From assembly GCA_030390025.1 (NCBI GenBank), contig CM059433.1, positions 10,790,001-10,854,000 of the forward strand: a stretch of DNA of 64,000 nucleotides. The letters are read 5' to 3'. The notes under the pieces are model-generated. The model saw only the letters and a list, made by a program, of their open reading frames with translations, did no database searches and was not told where the DNA came from. Numbering within the stretch: position 1 is the first letter of the stretch; the number at the start of each line of letters is the position of its first letter. This stretch comes from Squalus acanthias. Taxonomy: Eukaryota. This document shows positions 1-9,855 of the stretch, in pieces. The translations under genes and the position numbers were made by a program.

Positions 1-164
1 TTCTGTACCGGAATATTTTTTATGTTGTTGGCGAGTTTAAAATGTCTGACCCTGAAATTCCACAGGGATTTCCCCAATCTCCCGTGATATCTCCAGCAGG
101 ATACTGGCAGAAGCCCACCAGCACCCCCCCAACCCCGCCCCCCCCCCACCCCCACCACAGGAAA

Positions 165-770
165 TGACAGAAACCCTCACCCATGCCTTTGTTTACTCCA
201 GACTCAACTATTCCAATGCTCTCCTGGCCGGCCTCCTACCTTACCACAACCATAAACATGAGATCATCCAAAACTCTGTTGCCCATATCCTAACTCCCAC
301 CAAGTCCCGTTCACACATCACCTCTGTGCTCGCTGATCTACATTGGCCCCCCGGTCCGGCAACGCCTCGATTTTAAAATTCTCAACTTTGTTTTCAAATC
401 CCTTCATGGCCTCATCCCTCCCTATCTCTGCAACATCCTCCAGCCCTATAACCCTCCGAGATCTCTGCGCTCCTCCAATTCTGGGTTCCGGCGCTTCCCC
501 GATTTTCATCGCTCCACCATTGGCGGCTGTGCCTTCAGCTGCCTAGGTCCTAAGCTCAGGGATTCCCTCCTTAAGCCTCTCCGCATCTGCACCTCTCTCT
601 CCCCCTTTAAGACGCTCCTTAAAACCTACCTCTACGTGCGAGCGTTTGGCCACTCGTCCTAATATCTCCTTATGTGGCTCGGTGTCAAATATTGTCTGAT
701 AACGCTCCTGTGAAGCATCTTGGGACGTTTTGCTCTGTTAAAGGCGCTATATAAATGCAAGGTGTTGTTG
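165..770 (+). mobile_element. L2-clade LINE 3' fragment (5'-truncated)
   Basis: ORF 164-376 (ETLTHAFVYSRLNYSNALLAG...HITSVLADLHW) resembles the C-terminus of L2 ORF2. The tail ...AAGGCGCTATATAAATGCAAG(TTG)n is shared with other copies in the window. Confidence 0.8.
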
Positions 771-940
771 TCTCCACCATTTCCCTGGGGGCTCTGTTGG
801 TTTCCTACTGGAGTTACAGCAGGGTGCTGGGAGAATCCGCGTGGAATTTCAAGCCTTCTGTGTTTACAGAATCAGCACACCGAAGGAGGACTTGGTGAAA
901 ACATCTTTTAAAAAGGAGTTAATCACAAAATATAAATAAT

Positions 941-1675
941 GGGCCGTATTTTGCGACCCCTACGGGTGCATACGAGGTGGGCACACGCCCGTAGGAGCTG
1001 CGCAAGTCCCGGTTTAGGCACGCAAAGCACATGCGCTAAAACCCGGCACTTGCGATCTGTTAATAATCCTCTTGACAGATCCTCCGCATCCCCGGGAGAA
1101 GGGCCTCTGCGGGTGGAGAGTTGCGCTATTTGCCCAACTTCCGCCCGCTGATTGCCTGTGAAATACTTACACCTGGTAAAAGCAGGCTTAAGCCCTGCTT
1201 TTACCAACATAAGAGTTTTAAAAAATTGAAAAATAAAATGTTATCACTCATTTATACATTAAAAACCCTGTCCAATAAGGTAAGTTTATTTTTAGCCCCG
1301 TTGAAACATGTTAAAAAAAATTCAAAAAATTAAATTTTCGTTTAAAATATTTAATTAAATGGCATTTTAATTAATTGTAAATATGTAATTAAAACTTTTT
1401 TATTTCATGTGTTTGTGTATTTTTTAAGTGACTCCCATTCATACTTATTGGAGTTCCGTACGTACGGGGGAATTCCCTTCTTTTATTGGTTGGGCCGGCC
1501 CACGTGATCCCAGGGGCGCTTGCGATACGTGGGATACATGGGCCTCTACCCGCGGGTACCCGGAGAGCCCCAGGATCGTGAGTCTCCGTACCTCCCGGGC
1601 CACCAGGTAAATGCGTAGATTTTTTACAGGTCGGGGGCATCCGCCGCAGGAAGCCTCCGATCGCATATTTTGGCC
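941..1675 (+). mobile_element. Non-autonomous Harbinger-type DNA element, family A, copy 1
   Basis: Ends GGGCCGTATTTT / ATATTTTGGCC, flanks AAT/AAA. Colinear with 46866-47478 and, in reverse, with 15702-16452. Confidence 0.8.
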
Positions 1676-1928
1676 AAAGGTCTCAGAGAATTACAAGCTA
1701 CATTAATATTATTTTATTCCCAATGTTGGTGACCCAGCACTAGCTGCATTGTGTAGGGCCTAAGCTCTGGTATGTCAGGAATCTGGATGACATTGCTGTA
1801 ACACGAGGAATGGGAAAGATGAAATATGTGTGATCACATCGCGCCCTCACATTCTGAGTCAGTATTGGAACCAGCTGGAGCAGCTCAAGCTTGCTTTGAT
1901 GGCCAGTATGAAGAAGTTCTTCTGCTTA

Positions 1929-2545
1929 GGAACTTAGGAAGAGGAGTAGGCCATTCAGCCCCTCAAAACTGTTCTGTCACTCAACTAGATCATGGCTAAT
2001 CTGTATCTTAACTCCATCTACCTGCCTTGGTTCCGTAACCCTAAAAACCCTTGCCTAACTAAAATCTAGCAATCTTAGTTTTGACATTTTCAATTCACAG
2101 AATCACAATGGTGCAGATAGAGGCCATTTCGGCCCATCGAGCCTGCACCGACACATATCCCACCCGATCCCCACGTATTTAATCCCCCTAACACTAAGGG
2201 TCAATTTATCATAGCCAAATCAACCTAACCCGCACATCTTTGGACTGTGGGAGGAAACCAGAGCACCCGGAGGAAACCCACGCAGATACGGGGAGAACGT
2301 GCAAACTCCACACAGACAGTCACCCGAGGCCAGATTCGAACCCCGGTCCCTGGCACTGTGAGGCAACAGTGCTAACCACTATGCCACCATGTTGCCCTAA
2401 CCTCTTGACCCCTAGCCTCAACAGCTTTTTGAGGGATAGCCTTCCAGATTTCCACAACCTTTGTGTGAAGAAGTGCTTCCTGACATCACCCCAGAACGGC
2501 CTAGCTCTAATTTTAAGGTTATGGCCCCTTGTTCTGGACTCCCCA
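1929..2545 (-). mobile_element. CR1 LINE 3' fragment split by a V-SINE
   Basis: CR1-type 3' end (GGAGTAGGCCATTCAGCCCCTC) at about 1940-1965. CR1 sequence resumes at about 2405 after the SINE. Confidence 0.65.
2096..2395 (-). mobile_element. HE1-like tRNA-derived V-SINE
   Basis: Minus-strand tRNA-like head (GGTGGCATAGTGGTTAGCAC...GGTTCGAATC) and V-domain GTGTGGAGTTTGCACGTTCTCCCCGT...GGGTTTCCTCCGGGTGCTC. Near-identical copy at 38225-38535. Confidence 0.85.
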
Positions 2546-2548
2546 AAA

Positions 2549-2926
2549 CATGACTTGCATTTATATAGTGCCTTTCACGACCTCAGGACATCCAAAAGCA
2601 CTTGACTGCCAATGAAGTACTTTTGAAGTGTAATCACTGTTGTAATGTAGGAAACGTGGCAGTCAATGTGTGCACAGCAAGGTCCCACAAAGAGCAATGA
2701 GATCAATGACCAGATAATCTGTTTTAGTAATGTTGGTTGAGAGATAAATATTGTCCAGGACATCGGGGAGATCTCCCTTGCTCTTCTTCAAAATGGTGTC
2801 TGAGAGGGCAGATGGGCTTCAGTTTAACATCACATCTGAAAGACGGTGCCTCTGACAGTGCAGCACCCCCCTCTGTACTGCACTGGAGTGTCAGCCTAGA
2901 TTTTGTGCTCAAATCTCTGGAGTGGG
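2549..2926 (-). mobile_element. SacSINE1-like Deu-domain SINE (head truncated)
   Basis: Matches the fuller copies at 50640-51088 and 55949-56420, including the central GAGGCACCGTCTTTCAGATG domain and L2-like tail. Confidence 0.8.
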
Positions 2927-3456
2927 ATAGTGTTCCAGAAATTAATTCATATTTGTTAAGAGTCTCTCATCACCTCGGACTGCAGCCCGTGTGGCAAGTG
3001 CGGCTTACTGCTTTTAACCATGTTTATGTTTGCGGTGTGAGGGAACAACCCAAGTGTATGACACAACACTGGAAACATCACACCTAGGGGTAAAAATTCA
3101 CTTGGTTGCGGCTCCCGTTAGCGCCTTAAGAGGGCGCTAATGGGGCGCAAAGCCGCTAACGCCCGGACGCAGCGATGTTTGCGCCGCTCGAGAACTTAAC
3201 TTGAGATTGTGCGGCGGCGCTAAAACTTACCGCTGCGACCACCTGCGCGCGCAGATTGTGACATCATTCCATGGTGCAACGCCCTTGGGGCGCCCCGGAG
3301 TGGAAATTGAGTGGCGCCCCCTGCCTTACCGCCTGGCGCTTCCAACGACCGGAAGACTGGAACGCTATCAATCGCTGTGGGGCTGGGGGGGGCGCTATTT
3401 AAAGGGGGCCTCTTCCTGTCTTTTTCTGTGGTCGACATTTATGCACCACTCGTTCT

Positions 3457-3496
3457 GAGAGAGAGAGAGAGATTCGGAGAGAGAGAGAGAGAGAGA
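3457..3496 (+). repeat. (GA)n microsatellite upstream of the transposase
   Basis: Interrupted GAGAGA tract read directly. Confidence 0.9.
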
Positions 3497-3599
3497 CTTC
3501 TACATTGACTCAACGCTTTGTGAGGTAGTTTTGCCTATTCATCCTAACTTTGTTGCTACTTTAGTTGCTGTCCCTCATTACTATTCTGGCAAAGAGAAT

Positions 3600-4760
3600 A
3601 TGGGGGCTGCACTGATTGGGGGCGTCGTCCTGCTCCAGCTGAATCGGAGGATAGTGAGACGCAGACAGAGAGTGGCAATGATGGCCAGACGGAGGAGGGC
3701 CATCAGGCGCATGTACAGGAGAGCTTACCCTCCCAGGGTATATCGTGAACAGCTCTCCTACATCCATATGTCCGAGGAGCTGTGTTTGCGAAGGCTGCGA
3801 TTCAGCAAGGAGGTGGTCACTGAGCTCTGCCACCTGCTGCAGCCAGATCTGCAGCCTCAGCTGAGGTCCAGGACGTCTCTGTCGGTGGCAGTGAAGGTCA
3901 CAGTGGCTTTGAACTTCTACGCCACTGGCTCATTCCAAGCTGCTGTTGGGGACCTCGCCAATATCTCCCAGTTCGCGGTGCATCGCTGCATCCGGCAGGT
4001 CACCAATGCCCTCTTCAGAAGGAGACGAGACTTCATCTCTTTCCCTATGACCCCAGACAAGCAGCGTGACCGTGCTCTGGGCTTTGCGAGGGTAGCGGGC
4101 GTCCCCATGGTGCAGGGCGCCATTGACTGCACGCATGTGGCTTTGCGTGCTCCGCGTGAGAATGCAGAGGAATTCAGGAACAGAAAGGGGTTCCATTCCT
4201 TGAATGTGCAGTTGGTCTGTGACCACAGACAGGTGATACTCGCTGTCAATGCCCACTATCCTGGCAGCTGCCACGATGCTTTTATCCTGCGCCAGACTAC
4301 TGTGGCAGAAATTTTCGAGGCACCGCATCAGCCAGTTGGTTGGCTTCTCGGGGACAAGGGGTACGCATTGAGCACCTGGCTGATGACACCGCTCCGTACG
4401 CCAAACACCCCTGCTGAGCTGCGGTACAATGAAAGCCATCAAGCAACCAGGAACATTATTGAGCGCACAATCGGCGTGCTGAAACAACGGTTCCGCTGTC
4501 TGGACCATTCCGGAGGAGCCCTGCAGTACTCGCCTGAGCAAGTATCGAACTTCGTAGTCGTGTGCTGCATGTTGCACAACATGGCAATCCTCAGGACCCA
4601 GCCAATGCCACCAGGCCTTGTAGCACCACCAGAGGAGGAGGAGGAAGAGGAGGAAGAGGACGAGGACGATGATCATCAGCAGCACCAAGGCGGGAGGGCG
4701 GCGCACAATGGTCAAACTGCAAGGGCCGTCCGTCAACGGCTAATAGCAAGCCGCTTCTAG
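3600..4760 (+). CDS. Harbinger DDE transposase (HARBI1-like nuclease family), 386 aa from the first ATG
   Basis: Open ORF with Harbinger motifs: LRF..VTELCHLL, ALNFYATGSFQ (HTH region), GAIDCTHV, NRKGFHSLNVQLVCD, PGSCHDAFIL, LLGDKGY, YNESHQATRNIIERTIGVLKQRFRCL, CCMLHN and an acidic tail. The ORF track starts at TTG 3531; the first ATG is at 3600. Confidence 0.95.
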   Translation: MGAALIGGVVLLQLNRRIVRRRQRVAMMARRRRAIRRMYRRAYPPRVYREQLSYIHMSEELCLRRLRFSKEVVTELCHLLQPDLQPQLRSRTSLSVAVKVTVALNFYATGSFQAAVGDLANISQFAVHRCIRQVTNALFRRRRDFISFPMTPDKQRDRALGFARVAGVPMVQGAIDCTHVALRAPRENAEEFRNRKGFHSLNVQLVCDHRQVILAVNAHYPGSCHDAFILRQTTVAEIFEAPHQPVGWLLGDKGYALSTWLMTPLRTPNTPAELRYNESHQATRNIIERTIGVLKQRFRCLDHSGGALQYSPEQVSNFVVVCCMLHNMAILRTQPMPPGLVAPPEEEEEEEEEDEDDDHQQHQGGRAAHNGQTARAVRQRLIASRF

Positions 4761-5054
4761 GGCCCCTGCCATTGCTACCAACATTAATCAACCCAGCACG
4801 CAACCCCTAAGCCGGCCAAGGCACCAATAATTCCAACCACCAGCCATGTATATTTTGAATACAGAAACTTATTTATTTTACAAACTCTGTGTGTGTCAAT
4901 TCCTCATGACAAACTCATAGAAATAAACACAAAAAAACAGTCAATAACATAATTGGTTCTCACAACCTGGAGATAATGTCCAAAACACTAAACAAAAGTT
5001 GGACCATGAACCTCGGCCTTTAATAAAAAAATGACCAGCATTTTGTCACACCTC

Positions 5055-6034
5055 CTACTTTTTGCCCTTCGAGGGTGATCTCCTTCCCTTGCGCACTTCC
5101 CCCCTTCTAACCCTACTGCTCCTCCGTAATGGGACCTCAGTGGCTGCAGCAAGGCTGGTGGAAGGCTGCTGCTCGTCAGACCCTGACACTGCAGATGCCC
5201 CTGAAGGACGGCCTCGACCACTTCTGGGCCTGGAGGGCCCGGCTGCAGACTGCACCAACTCTGCATGGGCGGCAGCAGTCTGTCCTACAGGCGGTGGCAA
5301 GTGCAGTGGAGAAGTGACAGTGTTGGCAGCAGGAATGCTGTCATCGTGCGAGAAGACAGCAACTCCCTGCTCGCCCGACACACTGGCACTCCCACGGGGC
5401 AGCACTTCAGCATCCGGCGCAATCTGCCGGTGAACAGATTGCTGGCCTGCTGCGGCGCGGTGACAGCCCCGGGGACATGTGCACGAACCATCGAGGTTGG
5501 CAGCAGTCTGTGCTCGCGTGGCCTCCATCTGAGTCTGTATGAGAGCAGTCAGAGGTGGGATCACGGCAGCCAGTGACTGAATTGCAGCACTAAGCGTTAG
5601 TGTGGCATCCGCCTGTGCTACAGCGAAGTGCTCCACACTCCTTGCCAGTGACTCAATGCATTCGGGCACCCTTCCCACTGCACCCATGAGCTCAGTGTGC
5701 ATGCCCACCGCCTGGGTGTTCATTTCTGCAATCAGCCGCTCCTCCTCTGCGTCCATTGCAGTAGGAGTGTCTGGCATACTCTCCCTCTGGGGAGAAGGCC
5801 CCCGTTCTTCCCTACCCCCCCCATGGCGTTGCTGCAGCCCGCTGGGTCCTGGAGCTTCACCATCATCAGCCCCTTCACCCCTGCTCCCCTCCGGGGAAGG
5901 CGTGTTCCCAGTGTGGGCATGGGCTTCCTCGGGAGAGGGTGGCACTGATGCTCTGGCTTCCTCTTCCTTCTCAGCTGCAGCATCACTCCCAGTGGCAGCT
6001 TCAGGGCCCGTCTCCTCAGCTGGTGAATCACCAT
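5055..6034 (-). CDS. Harbinger Myb/SANT-like accessory protein, exon 3 (acidic/low-complexity C-terminus)
   Basis: Acceptor CCCTGCTTTCAG|AT at 6035/6034. Phase 1 matches exon 2 and puts the exon in frame with ORF 5055-5945 through to TAG. Confidence 0.8.
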
Positions 6035-6193
6035 CTGAAAGCAGGGAGGTACAAGAGTGGCTTTAGCGTGAGGACAGGGTGGCAGTAAGGGAGGAATAAG
6101 TGCAGCGAGTTAGCAAGTTGGATTGAAAGTGTCAAAGGCTGGTGTTGTGAGGGACAAGTGGAAGGACAGAGGACAAAAAGGTGATGACCTTAC

Positions 6194-6356
6194 CATTGCT
6201 GTCCAGAACGGGGTCGGCGTCTCCAGTGGCGACGGGACCGATCACCCGGCTTGCCACAATCCTGTGGACGCGCTCCTCCAGATCGCTGAGGGGTTGCAGC
6301 TGAGGCCGCCCTCCACCTGTCCATTGCTGCTGTCTCCTATTATGAGCCAGCTTAGC
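6194..6356 (-). CDS. Harbinger Myb/SANT-like accessory protein, exon 2
   Basis: Acceptor CCTTTTTCTTGCAG|GCT and donor AATG|GTAAGG. Encodes AKLAHNRRQQQWTGGGRP...LSDLEERV, including the TGGG motif typical of NAIF1/MSANTD-type proteins. Confidence 0.85.
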
Positions 6357-6384
6357 CTGCAAGAAAAAGGACAGCATCTGAGTA

Positions 6385-6492
6385 AATATACAGCCATGGT
6401 CTTGCCTGATGTGCCTCCCATAGGTGAATAGCCCTTACAATATACAGCCATGGTCTTGCCTGATGTGCCTCCCATAGGTGAATAGCCCTTAC
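6385..6492. repeat. Perfect 54-bp tandem duplication in intron 1 of the Myb-like gene
   Basis: AATATACAGCCATGGTCTTGCCTGATGTGCCTCCCATAGGTGAATAGCCCTTAC at 6385-6438 and 6439-6492. Confidence 0.95.
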
Positions 6493-6640
6493 TGTATGCA
6501 AAGTGTGGAATGTGTGTGTGTGTTTGATGAAAGGGCCATAGGTGTTGCATGAGTGTTGTGCATTGGGGTTTTAAGACCCTCTGGCCATAGAGTGAGGTTG
6601 AGATGGAGGGATGGAGAGGTATTGAGAAAAAGCCACTCAC

Positions 6641-6877
6641 CCTGACGACCCGAGTGAGGTCGTTGAACTTTTTGCGGCATTGAGTATGGGTCCTGGGCAC
6701 CATGCTCCTGGAGGAGACGCTCTGAGCCACCTCCCTCCACACTCTTCTGAACTCGCGTGGCAAAGGCCTCCTGCCACTCTCAGGGAAGAGCATACATCGT
6801 CTGCGCTCCACTGCGCCAACCAGAGCATCCAAGGCCCGCTCGGTGAAGCGATGAGCGCGTTCTCTCACCCTCTCCAT
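6641..6877 (-). CDS. Harbinger Myb/SANT-like (trihelix) DNA-binding protein, exon 1
   Basis: MERVRERAHRFTERALDALVGAVERRRCMLF...VWREVAQSVSSRSMVPRTHTQCRKKFNDL is a Myb/SANT-like domain (F..L..V, W..VA..V, RT..QC.KKF.DL). Donor AGG|GTGAGT, 237 bp, phase 0. Confidence 0.9.
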
Positions 6878-7308
6878 GCTTGGCAGCAAAATGGATTCAC
6901 AGGTCTCTCCAGGCTGAGATTCAAGGCTGCAATGAGCAGGGTGTGGCTGGGGAGCAAGTGGCCCCCCCCGCTTTAAGAAGTGTCCGGCGCCAGTGTGTCT
7001 GTGTTCCCTCGCTAACTGGCAGCAGCTGCGCTGCGCTCGCGCGCTGAGTTAGCGCCTCACTCCTCGGCCTTTGCGCCTTAAGACAGGTGTGCAGCGCCTG
7101 CTTTAGCGCTCCACTCACCTCCCGGGGCGGTAAAAGTGAAGTTTCCTGTCAGTGCCGATAATTAGCGCCAGGCGCTAATATTTGCGTCCGGACGATATTT
7201 GCGCCCCAATTGGGGCGCGACCTAATTTCTACCCCCTAGAATCTGTCCAGTGTTGACAGCTCTGTGTAAACCCACGCAGGAAAACAGAGCCACACGTGGA
7301 ATCAAACA

Positions 7309-7726
7309 GGAAAGAAAGAAAGACTTGCATTTATATAGCGCCTTTCACATCTCAACGCGCTTTACAGGTAATGAACTGGAGTCACTGTTGTAATGTGGGA
7401 AACGCAGCAGCCAATTTACGCACAGCAAGGTCCCACAAATAGCAATGTGATAATGACCAGATAATCTGTTTTAGTGATATTGGTTGAGGGATAAATATTG
7501 GCCAGGACACCGGGGATAACTCCCTGCTCTTCTTCGAAATACTGCCATGGAATCTTTTACATCCACCTGAGAGAGCAGACGGGGCCTCGGCTTAGCGTCT
7601 CATCTGAAAGACAGCACCTCTGACAGTGCGGTGCTCCCTCAGCACTGCACTGGGAGTGTCAGCCTATCTCTATCTGCTCAAGTCCCTGGAGTGGGACTGT
7701 GAACCCACAATCTTCTGACTCAGAGG
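7309..7726 (-). mobile_element. SacSINE1-like Deu-domain SINE
   Basis: Reverse complement of the 55949-56420 copy, with (AAAG)n tail at 7309-7322. Confidence 0.85.
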
Positions 7727-8002
7727 CATACATATTGCAGATCTTCACAGCCATTGCTAATTTTAGCCAATCTGCTGCAGTCTGTTGAAGAAAGTACAAC
7801 GAGAAAAGCTTTCTCATCAGCGACACTGAATAGATTGGAAACGATTTCATTGTTACATCGTGAAAAACTGAGAGTGTGAATTTGGCCAAATACTACAAGT
7901 TACTTTGCTCAGTATTTCTTCCCTCTTCGAGGTGCTGACTCACAGAATCATGCAGCACAGAAGGAGGCCATTCGGCCATCGTGCCTCTGCCGGCTCTTTG
8001 AT

Positions 8003-8420
8003 GTAATGGGAGTATAGTGGTTATGTCACTGGGCTAGTAATCCAGAGGCTCTGAGCTAATGATCTGGCAACACGAGTTCAAATCCCACCACGGCAGCTGG
8101 GGAATTTAAATTCGGTTAATTAAATAAATTTGGAATAAAAAAGCTAGTATCAATAATGGTGACCATGAAACTATCAGATTGTCGTAAAAAAACCATCTGG
8201 TTCACTAATGTCCCTTAGGGAAGGAAATCTGCCGTCCTTACCCGGTCTGGCCTGTATGTGACTCCAGACCCACAGCAATGAGGTTGACTCTGAAATGGCC
8301 CAGTAAGCCACTCAGTTGTCATGGTGGCGGCTCACCACCACCTTCTCAAGGGCAACTAGGGATGGGCAATAAATGCTGGCCTTGCCAGCGACGCCCACAT
8401 CCCGTGAATGAATTTAAAAA
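8003..8420 (+). mobile_element. tRNA-derived SINE with a CR1-group LINE tail, inserted in a CR1 3' end (7944-8610)
   Basis: A/B-box-like head (TAGTGGTTATGTCACTGG...GAGTTCAAATCCC). The 3' end GGCGGCTCACCACCACCTTCTCAAGGGCAACTAGGGATGGGCAATAAATGCTGGCC...ATGAAT closely matches the LINE ends at about 14550, 34790 and 59340. Confidence 0.75.
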
Positions 8421-9039
8421 TATACAATTAGTCCCACTCCCCCTGTCTTTCCCCATAACCATACACATTTTTCCTTTTCAAGTATTTATCCAATTCCCTT
8501 TTGAAAGTTACGATTGAATCTGCATTCACTACCCTTGCAGGAAGTGCTTTCCAGGTCATAACAACTTGCTGCGTAAAATAAATTTCTTCTCACCTCCCTC
8601 CTGGTTCTTTTGCCATACCTCGTACTGGGCTATGGCTCCATGAGTACCAGGTGCCCTCACTCAAGTGGCAGTTCTTCATTTGGGAGTCTGGTGAGGGCTG
8701 GATTTCCCCCGCTATACCACCAAAATCAGGCATTGCAATGGCAGAAAATGAAGGGAAATCAGGCAGGGAGCCGAGCATTGGCTCTCCACCCCTACCAGTG
8801 CTGCTCGAAATTTCCCTCCGCAGGGAGGTTGGCCGGCCACCCCTTGGCTGTCCTGCTGCATGCAATTGATGGCAGGATTTGGGTAGATGCCCTGTTTACC
8901 TTTTCCCACCACGACTACCAAGCTCGGGGACCGCCAGGAGAGTGGTGGCAGTAGATCCTAGGGCATCAGCAGAAGGCCTGTAATGGGCGCCTCTCCCTCT
9001 CCTCAGGCCTCAAGTACCAACCTTGCTCAGTCTGAGTAC

Positions 9040-9400
9040 ACGAGGGAGTCGCTGTTGCTTTGCAGGTAAACACGCAGCCAACGTGTGCAAAGCAAGATCC
9101 CACAAGCAGCAACGAGTGAGACGGCCAGTTAACCGGTTTCCGCTGACGGTTTCCAGCAACGGATAAAGGTTGGCAAGAACGGAGGGCAGGACTCCCGCGC
9201 TCTTCATTTGAATCATGCCGCGGGAGCTATTCTACCGCCCGCCTGAACAGGCAGAACTGGCCTCAGTTTAATGTCGCTTCAGAGGGACGATGCCGCACTC
9301 TCTTCGCACAGCCCCGAGGTGCCAGCCAAGATCAGGTGCTGCATTCCCCGGGGTGGGTGGGATTTGAACCCATGATCTTCTGACTCAGAGGCCAGAGTGC
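9040..9400 (-). mobile_element. Old, diverged Deu-SINE copy
   Basis: Degenerate match (AGCAAGATCCCACAAGCAGCAA...TTCTGACTCAGAGG) to the SacSINE1-like copies. Confidence 0.55.
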
Positions 9401-9539
9401 TACAAATGACACGCAGCCTCGGATTCCCAGGGTGCTCCTGACACCTGTAAGTGTGGCTACACCTTTTCCTGGTGCTGCCAGCAATGTCCTCTCTCTTGGC
9501 GGTAGAGATCCCGCCGGAAAACTGCCCTGCATATTTAAA

Positions 9540-9855
9540 CAACAACAACAACAACTTGTATTTATATAGCGCCTTCAGCGTAGTAAAGTGTCCCAAGGCG
9601 CTGCACAGGAGCATTTTAAGATAAAAAATTTGACACTGAGCCACATAAGGATAAATTAGGGCAGGTGACCAAAAGCTTGGTCAAAGAGGTAGGTTTTAAG
9701 GAGCGTCTTAAAGGAGGAAAGAGAGGTAGCGAGGCGGAGAGGTTTAGGGAGGGAATTCCAGAGCTTAGGGCCCGAGGCAACAGAAGGCACGGCCACCAAT
9801 GGTTGAGCGATTATAATCAGGGATGCTCAAGAGGGCAGAATTAGCGGAGCGCCGA
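9540..9855 (-). mobile_element. L2 LINE 3' fragment
   Basis: (AAC)n tail followed by TTGTATTTATATAGCGCC; reverse match to 53450-53870. Confidence 0.8.

Larger units (their letters stand above)
3087..7235 (+). mobile_element. Autonomous PIF/Harbinger DNA transposon, apparently full-length
   Basis: 12-bp TIRs GGGGTAAAAATT (3087-3098) and AATTTCTACCCC (7224-7235), 1 mismatch. 3-bp TSD CTA at 3084-3086 and 7236-7238. GC-rich subterminal repeats. Two convergent genes (DDE transposase and Myb/SANT-like), the canonical Harbinger layout. Confidence 0.95.

Noticed and set aside
3531..3599. N-terminal extension of the transposase from the ORF track
   Set aside because: It starts at TTG; the eukaryotic start is more plausibly ATG 3600.
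3930..4736. 268-aa antisense ORF
   Set aside because: A shadow of the transposase reading frame with no recognisable motif.
3600..4760. Host HARBI1 gene
   Set aside because: It lies within TIRs and a TSD with a convergent Myb-like partner, so it is a transposon ORF rather than the domesticated gene. No gene symbol assigned.
6385..6492. CRISPR-like or other prokaryotic repeat array
   Set aside because: Two abutting copies with no spacers in clearly vertebrate DNA.
6242..6889. 215-aa single-exon Myb ORF
   Set aside because: It reads through intron 1, including the 54-bp duplication. The spliced model has canonical sites and restores the TGGG motif.
8694..9010. Further Harbinger-type elements (also near 14640-14830, 26620-26900, 37980, 39645-40060, 48920-49240)
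   Set aside because: Single TIR-like ends such as GGGCTGGATTT are visible, but no matching second end or TSD could be fixed. Probably real but too decayed to annotate.
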